Shown: one piece after another, positions 13,101 through 25,100 of the stretch
Layout of the letters: every line of letters starts with the position of its first letter
How positions within the stretch are numbered: the first letter of the stretch is position 1
Assembly (NCBI GenBank): GCA_002633005.1
Contig: NMRA01000076.1
Span: 372,001 to 436,000, forward strand
Source: Phoronis australis
Taxonomy: Eukaryota; Animalia; Phoronida
Direction of reading: 5' to 3'
DNA: 64,000 nt
Program-made: the position numbers and the translations under genes
Notes under the pieces: model-generated
The model's database searches: none
Told to the model about the DNA's origin: nothing
Seen by the model: the letters and a program-made list of their open reading frames with translations, nothing else

Positions 13101-16100
13101 CCAGCACTTGCGCATGCAGGAGAAGATAACGGAGATGAACATTGTGGAACAGAACAAGGGTTCCTTGCCGTTGCTGGGGTTTGGAACTCTCGATGGCGGT
13201 AGGCGTCCACGGCCGGCAGCAGAGCTGCTTCTGCCGAACTCAGATCAGTTGGTTTCGAACGCACAGCAAAATCAGGACAAAGTGAAAGAGGAGTATTTGA
13301 ATAAGTTTCAGCTGAAAGTGCGCCAGCGGGCCGGTGAGGGCAGCGGAGTCCAGCCACCAAAGCTGCTTCGGATGGAGGCGATGGAGAAACGACGGCAAGA
13401 TGTTGTGGAAAAGGAACAGCCAACCTCACAGTTTCTTGGCAATCAATCTCTACGGTTAGTTACTGAACGTAATTGTTCATCATGATAATTTTCTACAGGC
13501 TGACCCTAAAGGTTAAGCCCACTCAATTGTGTAATTATTATTCTAAAATCTTATTCGTTTGGAAAGGACAATAATTTCAATGCGAACCGACTCTTTAAAT
13601 GTTGTGGAAATGAATTAATTTCGTTAAGTTTACCAAATTTGATGAAAAAAAGTATTGATGGAGACTTGCTTAAAATTTTTATTCTGGTGGTGTTTTTTTT
13701 TGGTTCACTCAGCATTGTATTTGTATGTGTTAATTTCTCTTGTATACTAGAGTTTAATATGAAGATCTTTAGCTTCATCAGCAAAAGTCACTGACGGGGA
13801 TCCTGCATTTTCAGAGCCATTTCAATGCCCATTATTCAGTGGATATTATTTTTTTTTCAAAATGCAAGATCCTTTCAAGTGACCGTTAACAAGCAGGCTT
13901 GTGTTATCTAAAGTCACATGCACAGCAGTGCTGAAGAAGGTCTTTAGTGACATGCTGTGCTTTATGAAAATGATGGTTAAGTAAGAATATAGACACTCAT
14001 GTTTCAATGCGTTGCTCTTTAATGCAGTGTTGCATTTGCATTGGTGTACGTAAGACTGTCTTTGCCACAAGAAATTGTCTTTCATAAAAGGAACACACAG
14101 GGAATACCTTGGATTCCTTCATTGTATTTCTTTTCCATTATAATGTTTTGTAAAAGAGTCAGGCCACTGTGTTCGTTATGAGAGTTTCATCTAAAAAGAA
14201 ACCTGTATATCCAATTTTGATATTCTGTATTAGTAAGTGCTTTGTATACTTGTGCTCAGTTCATAACGGCCTTGTATTTGTACTGCAGTGGAGCCTGCTT
14301 AATGTCATACTCCCGTTTATGAAGTAGATTATGATTTTAAGCGGGAAATTCCGTTAATCGTGTTCCCTCTTGACGGCGGCCATACCTACTCTGATACTCT
14401 GTTCATACTAAGTTGAGAGTCAAGAAACAGCTAATTTTTACCCTCTCATCGGAGAGTTCCGATAAGGCAAAATGAATTTGAAAAGGAATTAGGTTGGTTT
14501 TTGGATAGAAATGAGAAGGTCAAGCAAATAAGCGTTTGGGAGTCAATTTTGGTGACTTTTTATGTGAGAATATGCCAATAAATAATCGCATTACGTGGGT
14601 TATTTTTCATTTTTTCCCATTTCATGACAATAACCGATACATGTTTTTATCCAGCTTGACACTAAGTGAGCCCCACTATATTAAAGGTTACAGCGTCGTG
14701 CCAAGAAAGAACCTCCAAACAGCGCAGGGCGATCATTAAGTCGGCCACCAGCAACCAGTCTCCTTGGAGATGACCAGGTCGACAAAGTGCCTGTATCTTC
14801 AAGCCAGCCACCTGAAGCCAGCCTCCCCAAAGTAGCTCCATCGTTGACGGACTCAAGTGCTCAGGTTGGAACAGCAATGGATGAGGCTTCAACTCAAGTG
14901 GCTTTGAATGAATTAGCTTATTCCAAGGTATTTTGTGGTTAGAGTTGAAACCATATTTGTGGAATTTGTCTAAAATTACTTGTTTTCTAAATCAAGGCTT
15001 GGAATTTTTCGTGGAAACGCGGATTTCCGCTCTTTTCAAATGTTCTGTCCGCGTATTTTATTATATTTCCGCGTAAAAAAAATCGGATTTGATATAAAAT
15101 TTCCGCGACAAATTTCTTTCTTACCGCGGCGTTGCTGATTACTTTCACCTCGAAAAGCGGAAGTTGCTCTTTATGTTTCGGAGGAACGTAAATTGTCAAC
15201 ATTACCGGGGCACCTGGGATAGCGTGGTGGAGTTCTTCAATGGCGTCTCGTGTGATTGTAAAGCGCGGTGACAAATACTACGACTCTGCAGCCAAAAATG
15301 TGTGGAGGTGGGAGTGGCTGACGAACTAAAAAGACGCAGACGCACGCTTCTGGAGGTGGTACGTTTTTTTTTAGTCCTCCCGATTTTTGTTGATAAAAGG
15401 TCCACATCGGTGGGTGCATGTTTTGGGCCGTAAAATTCCCCGCTTTTTTTGTCATTGGTAATTCCAAGCCCTGCTAAATGTTGATGGATGATGTCCTTTT
15501 TATGCGCCCACATATTTATATGTGGACACATTATGCCGTCATCTCCGTCCGTCGTCCGCTGCTCTATCTCCAAAACGCCTTGACATATGTTCATGAAATT
15601 TTGCACATGTGTTCCTTCTATGGATGGGACGGCTTGAGCAAATTTTTGGCGGATCCGACTACCGGTGTGCCCCCTAGTGGCAATTTTTATTTTTTTACGT
15701 TTACCTCAGTATCTTCAAAAGTCCTGAACGGATTTTCATAAAATTTGGTATACAGGCATCTGTTAATAAAGTGACGCTATCTCTCCATTTTCGGATGGAC
15801 TCGACCTAGTTTGCGCCACCTAGTGGCCATTTTTACTGTTTTCGAGTCTGTTTTTTGGCGTCCACTCATCTATCAACCAAACGGCTTTCAGGATAATTGT
15901 GAAAATTGGCATGTATGTTTTTACTACGAAGTGGACGGCTGACGATTTTCCGCCGACTTCGACTACTTTGGCGCTTCCTAGTGGCATTTTTTGCTCTCAT
16001 AGTTGTATCTCCTAAAACGTTTACAGGATCTTTACTTAATTTAACAAGTGTATTTATATGATGTTGACAACGGACGACGACGACTTTCGAACGGATCGGA

Positions 16101-19100
16101 CTACTTGTGTGCCCTCTAGTGGCAATTTTATTTTTTTACGTTTACCAGTCTGTATCTTCAAATGTCCTCAACAAATTTTCATAAATTTTGAATATAGGCA
16201 TCCATTGTTGAGCTGACACTATCCTCCTGTTTTTGGATGGAATCGAGGTAGTTTGCACCACCTAGTGGCCACGTTTGCTGTTTTCAAATCTTGTTTTTGG
16301 CGTCCACCCCTCAGTCAACCAAATCATTTAAGGGATGGTTTTGAAAATTGGTGTATATGTTCTCAGTGTGAAGAGGATGTTTGATGATGGCAACTGACTA
16401 CTGTGGCACCTACTAGTGGTAGTTTTGTTTTGTTTTGCACCCATAGCTATATCTCCTAAACCCACTGCAGGATCTTTATTAAATTTATTAAGTGCATTTA
16501 TATGAAGAGATGATGACTTTTAGGCAGATCCAACGAACGCTGTGCCCACAAGTGGCAATTTCATTTTGTTCTGTTTTCATTTGTTTCCCTGAAGTTACTT
16601 GACAGATTTTTATGAAATATGGCATGTTTCCGTTTTTGGATGGATTGTACGTTTTTGCACCATCTAAGGGCCATTTTTATGATACAAATAAATAACCCTA
16701 AAAGCACACCATTTGCAATGCATTCGTAGGCGCATTCCAACGCTCGGCGTTGCTCTTGTTATACAACGGGCTTTTAACAGAACACTTGTACTAGAAAATG
16801 AATTTCCTAATGGCTGTTATTTGTACACATTTGTTCTGTTATCAGACTTGGCTGTTCTTCTCTTTTTATGAGAATACCATAAATTACATTGTAAACCGTT
16901 CCTGTTGGCAAAGACTATCATTCTTTGTCTCCTTTTACCAAAGCTGCGTGAGTAAATTCAAGGAAGCACATAAAACATCACTGCTTTTGTAGAATGATAC
17001 CACTTCAGCATTAGTAAGTGTTCTTGCGAAAACACTCAGCACCTGTGCACAGGCAGACAGGTGGGCTACTAGTCGGGTTGGCGATATCATTTGCACGCTG
17101 GATAAAAACGCAAAAGTATTCGACATGGAGTTTCTCACCAAGTTGTTTGACCGCAGTCTCCAATGCGCCCCTGTTGTGGATCCACTTACCATACAGAGGT
17201 TGCAGATTGAAGGTGATGGCCAGTCTTCAAATCAGCGACACGTCACTTGGGAGGCAGTAAATGAGTCTTTCATGAGAGACAGTGGTCATGGTAATAACGC
17301 TGGAGGTACTAATGGACGAGGTAATGCTGCTGGCACGTCGCAGAACGAGGTGAACAGCAAAGATGTAAGGCTGACAGAAGTGAGATCTGATCGTACAGCT
17401 GCAGGACCGAGTTGTGTCTCAACACGTGGACAGAAGTTACACTCGGCTGTGTCAGAGGGTAGTCCTGGTCTGAAAACAAAGACTCTTCAAGCCCTTGATG
17501 ATAACGTTGGAGATCAACAACTACGATTACGTCATATTCGACGAGATGTTCACGCCTTCATGGATGCATTGATGGTTAATGTCGGTGAGATTGCTGCCTC
17601 TTTGTCTGCTGCCACTCAAGAATCTGGCTCCGCAGGGAATAGTCGCACAGCCATCCTTCTCGAACAAGAAGACACGCCAAGAAGTTCACACATGGCGCCC
17701 ACTGAGCGCACGGTTTGCCCATCCAATGTCGTCCAATCCGAGTCTAGTCCTACACAGCTGCAGTTTAACAGTAGCACAATGCTGTCACAAAATGACGTAA
17801 CCGTGAATGCTAACCTATTGGATAATTTCTCGTCGTTGAAGGCGCTGGCACATCGCAAGTCTGACGAATTGTTTCAGATGGCTTTTTTCAAAAACCCAGA
17901 AATTTCAAGCGAAATCTGCGACTATTACAGTAGAATCGAAGTAAGGTACGCTGGTAGTTTGAACCGACAACAATCTCTTCATGCATTACTGCCATGGTTC
18001 CACCGTATTGACAGAGCGACAAGAAGCGACCCATTGTTCAGGATTGATCAAGCTATACAGACTTGTACTGAAGTCATAAGTAATGACATGACTGACCAGG
18101 TCACTGTATTTAGTAATAAGGAATTGAATGTTGTAAGCGTTACTTGTTCTGGTTCTCAAGTCGATGTTGTTGACTGTGCCAGCCAGTGTGAGTTGATATG
18201 CACGAATGTTGCGTTGCAGTTCGAGAATCCATGTGTTGAGTGTGAAGAAGACGTCTCTTACCTGCGTGTTGATCTTTTACCTACTGATGACAATATTGAT
18301 GACATTCTCCTGCTGTCGCCAGATTTGCTGCAACTTTCTTCGAGCCTGTCATCCGTTCCAGATGTTTCTGAAGTGACGAGTCTAACTGAACTGCTTCCCC
18401 AGGATGCGGTTCCCAGAACATTCAAAGAAAGGGAGCCTTACAGTGTTGGCACTGGTGTTCAACCAGATCAAGTATTGTCAATTTCCCAAGGTGTTCAGAC
18501 AAAGCTGTGTAGTTCGGTCTGTGTGCAGTCTGACACTGTGCCCTCATGTTTGGCGTTTGTTCAGAGTATCCACAGACTTGAGAGAAGTACACAGGCTGAT
18601 GCTGTAATCTCCATGGAGAGAGCGTCTCAAGTGAAGCACTGTGCTGTCAAGGCCACTCAGTCAGACTCTGCTAAGGAGAACTCTGTCTTGTCTCAAACTG
18701 GGCCAAGACAAGATTCTACAGCGCAAAAAGTGCAAAGCCTGAATGATGGCATCAGTAACTCTGCTGTTGAAAGTATTTTGCATGCTGATTCCTTTTTGCA
18801 AACTAATGATAACGCTACTAGAGATCGAGGAACTGAGAGCCAGCAGTTTGCTAGTGTATGTCAGTCGTCCGAGTCCAGTCTGTCAGTGATTTGTCCATTT
18901 AGGAATCCACGGGCTCATCACTGGTCCGCAAGATGTGAAGAGTTCTCGAGAATTGAACATGTGACAAAAGTGAACAGTGAGGCGGCACTACAGGAGTCTC
19001 CGACACCCGTGGACAGTAACGGTCATGCAGAAACCTTACCCAAGTTGTCTTCTGGGTGTACACAAGCAAAGCTGCTGTACTCCAGGAGCTCCAAGGCGAG

Positions 19101-22100
19101 GCCGATGTTGGCGGATAATGTCGCCATCGAGGCTCATGACTCAGCAATGCAGGAACAAACTGGGATAGCCGAGATGGGTTTCAGCAGTTGTACCAAAGCA
19201 GGGTCTTTAACCAACGCTATTGGTGTCCAGGTGGAGAGCCCATTCATGAGCAGTTCACTTGATTGTGATGGAGTTGGCTGTCGAACTGAATGGCGAGAGC
19301 AAGGCGTGCAATGGGAAAACCTTTCCAGTGATGGTGTGCCTGCAATGGCGACTGAAGATGCTTCTATGCAGACTTGCCGTTTACCTGTTCAGAACCAGTC
19401 CACTCAAGACTCACTTAGACTCGATGATGGTCTCTGGACAATCTTACCCGACTCCACCTCTGTGGAGGACACCAACAACAATGTTGGGTTGGAGGTTGTT
19501 ATATCTAATGGTGGAGATTTTGATGAGTCTGACAATTACGATTTTTCTATTGAAATAGGTTTTGCTGAGCCTTCCGGTGTTGTCTTGAAACAAGTTAACA
19601 TACAGGAGGTAGACAGTGATTCAGCTGTGATTGGCTGTGTTCAAGATGCCAACATTCCGCATCCAACATCATGGAGAGAATCACGCTTGAAAGAGGTGTG
19701 TGACTTGGGCAACCAGACAGATCTTCCCTATGGATCACAAAGTGCTGTTTGTGGTGATGAGAAAATCTCTGACGTTGCTCTTAGTCGTAGCGTTCAAGAA
19801 AAATGTGTACAAACTGATACAAAGGTAGAAAATCAACACATACAAGTTGATGAAGAATTTCTACCTTCTTGTTCCAAGTCTCAAACGTCCGTAAGAACCT
19901 ACTGCCGAACACCGAAAAGTATTCTGCCAGATATTTGGCACAGTGGTTGTACTCAACCACTTTCCTACAGAGGCAAACCTTTCCGAGTTAAAAGGAAAAT
20001 TTTCAAATCCTTGTCTTTGTGGAGAGGAATGCCTCATCCAGATTTACGGGAACCAATTGCTGTCTGCGAAGAAAACATCAACCCATTACCCTGTGCAAGT
20101 TTGCAACAGACTCGTTTTTTTGATCTGAATTCTTTGTCATGCACTCTCAGTTCTAGTTCTTATCAGTCCTGTACATCTGGAGTTGATCAAGAATGTAAAG
20201 TTGCTGAAAACATTGCTGCGGAAGAGGTTCCGCTGTGTGAAAATAGTAATGGTGTCCCAACTGGTAAAACAGTGACTTGCAAAAGCGTGGCGTCTGCAAG
20301 AGGTAGCCAGTCATGTGAAAATTTTATGAAGAATCACTACAGCAAACAATGTGTTGAGGAATCGGATCTTGTCACTGATCTTGCCAAATTTTCCAGTGAA
20401 CAGTTGAAAGAAATTGTCGAGTCCTCAAATCACGAAGTCTGGGTGGTACCGCCGTGTGCCGTGGCCAAACTGTTAGACATCGTCTCGCAGCAGGACACTG
20501 CGACTCTGTGTGGACAAAAAACTTTCATTGCGAAGTGTCTGAAACAGTGCATGAATGAGAAGGTCAAGTCATACTCCAGTTTTCTGGAAAATTCCAGTGA
20601 AACCGTCAAGGACAGGCGTGGACGTTACAGAAAGATGGACCAGCAAGCGTTTCAAACGGCTATAAAGGAAAGAATGTACAGGCTGTCAGAAGATCTTTGC
20701 AAAACTTTGAGTAGTAATCTTGAAGATTTTCCGCCATCGTTTGTGGGAAACTTTAATGGGGAGGCTGACGTGGACGCCAGCAGTGCACCTGCTGATGGTG
20801 ATTACACCCCCCACCAACACAACTCTATGGTAACCAACAGAAGCTTTCTAGACTCCCAGGCTCTGGCAGCAGTCACCCCTTTGCATGCTGTTTGTTGTCC
20901 ACCATTGTCGCCATCACCAAGTTACCAGGGACCAATACCTAATGCAAGTGAAATCCGGCCGCAGTGTTCGATGGTTAAACAAGCATTTAAGAACCTAGTG
21001 CATGCCTGTTCCACTGTTGGCCAAGTCCAGAAAGATAGAGATACATTTTCTTGCAAAAACAATCCCGTAGATGTGTGTACAAGGAAATGTCACAGTGTGT
21101 GTTTACAGCAGTCAAGAGTGAGACAGGTTTTCATGGACTTGTTTCACACACACTCTGCAGCTGATTCTAATTGGAATACGTTTTGCATGGTAACATTTTT
21201 GTTTGGCTGTATGCTTCATGTTTTTTGTTTGTTTTTTGTTTGTTTGGCTTTGTTGTCTATCCTTAAGTTTTGCCTCTGAAATTTTACTTTTTAAGGTGAA
21301 AAATGTGGCATTTTTGAGCAGTCACTTTTTCTGATCTTAGTGGTTTCGATCTTCTTTACATGTAATTTTATAGAGTCCCTGGCTACGTTATCCTGTTTTT
21401 GTTTAATTTCACGTCCATTTTTGTTGTGTTTCTTTGTTTAGTTTTTGTTACAACTTCATACAATTTTGGTTAGTTTTTCTTTATTCTGTTCTCTGTTATT
21501 TTGTTACTTTTTGTAATTATCATTGTTGGCTTTTCGGAATTTCTTATTTTGGTTCTTGAACAAACCTAACTACAGCTTGTCTCATTTCAAAAGGTGTCGC
21601 CTGATTCTCACTAAAAATAATTAAACTCAAGGTCCTTGGCACCCACTTAACTGAAATGATCTGACCAGCTGTGTTCAGCATCAGCTGCAACTTCACTCGT
21701 TTGTTTCTGAGGCAAATCTCGTGTGCTTCCTTATTGTATAGCATCGAATAGAATGTTCACATGCAGATGCTTGGCTGTGTTGCCTTTAACAAAAGAAATC
21801 CTATGCCTAGATAATACGAAATTGTACTAGAATCAAGTGGGTGACAATTTTTAAAATGTTCAGGATGAGTTTGGCACATTCAGCTTTTGTATAGTTTTGA
21901 TTGACACTCTTGAAGGTACAGAGAGAACCACCTGTTGACGAGTTGAAAAAGGAGGGTTACTATGATGGTCAGCAGTCCAGTATTGGTGATCAGTCTATGA
22001 ACATGGGACTAGACGATGTGCAGATAAACCAAGGATATGTCATTAAGCCAGGTAGGATATTTGTTGGCAGCTAATGGATTTCGGGCACCCATTTTATTAA

Positions 22101-25100
22101 AGGGGGTAAGTCCTGTCGGAGGGATGTCCTGTCAGATTGTCCAAGGTATGTCATTGCAAACATGTTGCTGTTTTTAAGTGCGAAAACATGGCAACAAGTA
22201 AATTTTTCATAACCAAAGTTTACCATCATGAACCATGTTAATGAGCTGAATGCCAATCAAAATTGAAAATATGCCTAATTATTAGTATTTTTGTCACTTG
22301 TTGTCTTTTTTTTCCTCTAAACTTGTGTTAACTTTATTTCAATTCAGCAACAAATTCATCCGTCCGTTTTTTGATTGGCTTATGAAGAAATTTTATTGGA
22401 TTTAAAGAAAGAGGCAACAAGTGTATAATGGCAATCAAAATCATTAATTAAAAGAATTTCCAGGTTAACCAAATGTATCTCTGTGTTGGTTTGGCCCAAA
22501 AGAGTTAGAAATACGAGGTAATGCAACAAAGTGGATATAAAGTGGTGTGTAGGTTGTTACTGGTTTGCAAGAATGAGCTTGCTGGCAAAAATGATCTGCT
22601 GCAAATCAATAAACTTTGTCCGTTAAAAGAATTTTAAACCCTGTTTTCCCGAGGTCACCAAAAGCTTGTTTGGTCACCTACTGGTGTACCTTTAGTTACT
22701 CTATTGACAGGTAGAAGCACTATTCAAGTGAGACATTTCCACCTGTGTCATGGATTGGTTTTATGTTTTGAGATAGATGGTGTTTTCCGAAAGCTGTCCG
22801 AACTCGTNATAGAAAGTGGTGTGTAGGTTGTTAGAAATACGAGGTAATGCAACAAAGTGGATATAAAGTGGTGTGTAGGTTGTTACTGGTTTGTAAGAAT
22901 GAGCTTGCTGGCAAAAATGATCTGCTGCAAATCAATAAACTTTGTCCGTTAAAAGAATTTTAAACCCTGTTTTCCCGAGGTCACCAAAAGCTTGTTTGGT
23001 CACCTACTGGTGTACCTTTAGTTACTCTATTGACAGGTAGAAGCACTATTCAAGTGAGACATTTCCACCTGTGTCATGGATTGGTTTTATGTTTTGAGAT
23101 AGATGGTGTTTTCCGAAAGCTGTCCGAACTCGTCACGGCTAATGCAAAAAAGAAATCGGCCTGATTTCTGATGAATATTGAGGAATTTTTGCAATTAACA
23201 AGTGCACACAACTCATTTTTTGGGGAAAGTTTGGGTTGGAATCCCAGCTCTGTGTTGCTTATGTTTCTTATGTAGCTGGGGCATTTACATTTGTGTTTGG
23301 TTTTTGTATTTAGATTCCATAAAACATGATATTGAAACAATGGAAACAGGTGTTATCCTATTTCATGGAAACGTTGAATTCTCACAAGCCATTTTGTCTT
23401 TGTTCAATAGTTCTTATCCTTCAACAGGAAGTTTTGACGACCACTTACCAGAGAAGCAAACTGATAACAATGCTGGCATTCATCTGAGAGCAGCACAGGA
23501 GACTAATAGACAGGTACTGGTGTCTACGTTTCTTATTGAGATTTGGGAGCTAGATAATTGTTTATTGTCTTCAAAGGGTATTTTAGCCATGCGTGCTTGG
23601 CACATGAAATGGCATGGTATGACAAGCAACTTGTACAGACTGATTGCAAACAACGACCTGCCAGTTCTTTCAAAGCCCTCAAATCTCCTCCAATCCGAGT
23701 TACGAACAATTTGAGATGAACTCCGTAATTATAGCACGTGGTCAAAATTTTTTTTGTGGTGGAAGGTAGGTTTGTAGCCGCTTTAAGTCTTTGGATTATT
23801 TTGGATTCATTGACATTTGTGCAACATGTTCAGCGCCCAACGTTGTTGACTACGTGGGTTTGATGTTACTGATGAAGGTTATGATTCATCCAGGTTAATG
23901 TATTATGACAAATAGTTCAGCCAGACGTACTTAGTTAAAACTTTATGTTGCAGGGATTACAACTGTCCCCTTCTACAGACGGGGGTCGACGGGCTGTCGT
24001 AGGTCTTCCCACCTTTCCTGTGAATCTGTACTGGTGTGACCTCTGTTGAGTAGTGAGTGAAATGCCCTCTGCCAGGTTTGGATAGGAGCGAGATTCAACC
24101 TATCTGAACCCTGGCAGAGGCATTTCACTCACTACCCAACAGAAGTTTGCGCCAGTACAGTTTCACAGGGAAGGCGGGGAGGTCTGAGGCCGCCATTAGA
24201 CCATCTTCTATAGAAGAAGACAGTTGTGATTCCGGTAACGTAAATTTTTAACTTGGTGTGTCCTTATGAAATAATCGTAATTAGTCACATACATGGGCTT
24301 GGTGCCATATTGTGTTTGGACGTTTCAAAGTTTTTTAATCTGTTGCTATTACAATCATGTAAATGATTCTATTCTTATTTCCAATGCCATTTCAGGCTCG
24401 CTTCTTGCCTCCTGCTGAGGATCAACCACCAGTTCCCTCTGTTGCCCATTCTGTCAAACAGTCTTCTGCCGAGGAACGCATGGAGGAAGCCATAGACGAA
24501 TATTCGTCTGCCAGAGGTCGCCACATTCTGGCTCCAGACATCTTCATGGGCCTGAGGTTCGCCGATGCTAACGCTCATCCTGGTTCGGGTGTACTGTCCT
24601 CTGAGACACAGGTAAGTAGTTCCGCGGAAGTGCAATTGTAGCATATTCAGAATGTCAATTATGTGGGTGTTTCTGTAAGCCTCGCTCGCTACCAGTTTTT
24701 TGATCATGATGGATTCTCAAGTGAATATACATGACAGCAAGTTATTCATCATCATGCCTTTAAACTGTCATTTGCTGCCAATGTCGGATGCATCGAACCT
24801 GTAGTGAGTGAATTATAATTTGTCAGTGAAACTGTGTTATTCTTTGCCAGGAGCCTACATCTGGAAGAGCCTATCTGAATGTTGCTGACATGGATGCAGA
24901 CCTAGTCAGTGCCATTCTGCAGACTCGCTCTCCCCGTCCAGCAGAAAGGCCAGTGACTCAACAGACGTCTGAGCCGATGAAAGAGGAGACTGCAGTGACA
25001 CCTATAGTGGGAGATTCTATTGAGGAGGAAACTGTGGCTTTGGCAGATAGGGTCACGGTGGGCCTTCTGGGGCAGAAGTCTTCTCCTGAATCTGAGTATG

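Noticed and set aside
14987-15741. Short ORFs over the MITE/HINE region (also 48088-49801) as transposase
   Set aside because: No DDE or Rep/helicase motifs, and frames are not conserved between the two copies
21190-21279. Hydrophobic C-terminal tail of the 1,384-aa ORF as a membrane anchor
   Set aside because: It lies past a good donor (ATG|gtaaca) in T-rich intron sequence, which routinely translates as F/L/V/C; needs intron-retention evidence
22504-23133. ~300-bp tandem duplication as a real biological event
   Set aside because: Near-identical copies joined at an N with a scrambled short junction; typical gap-overlap artefact
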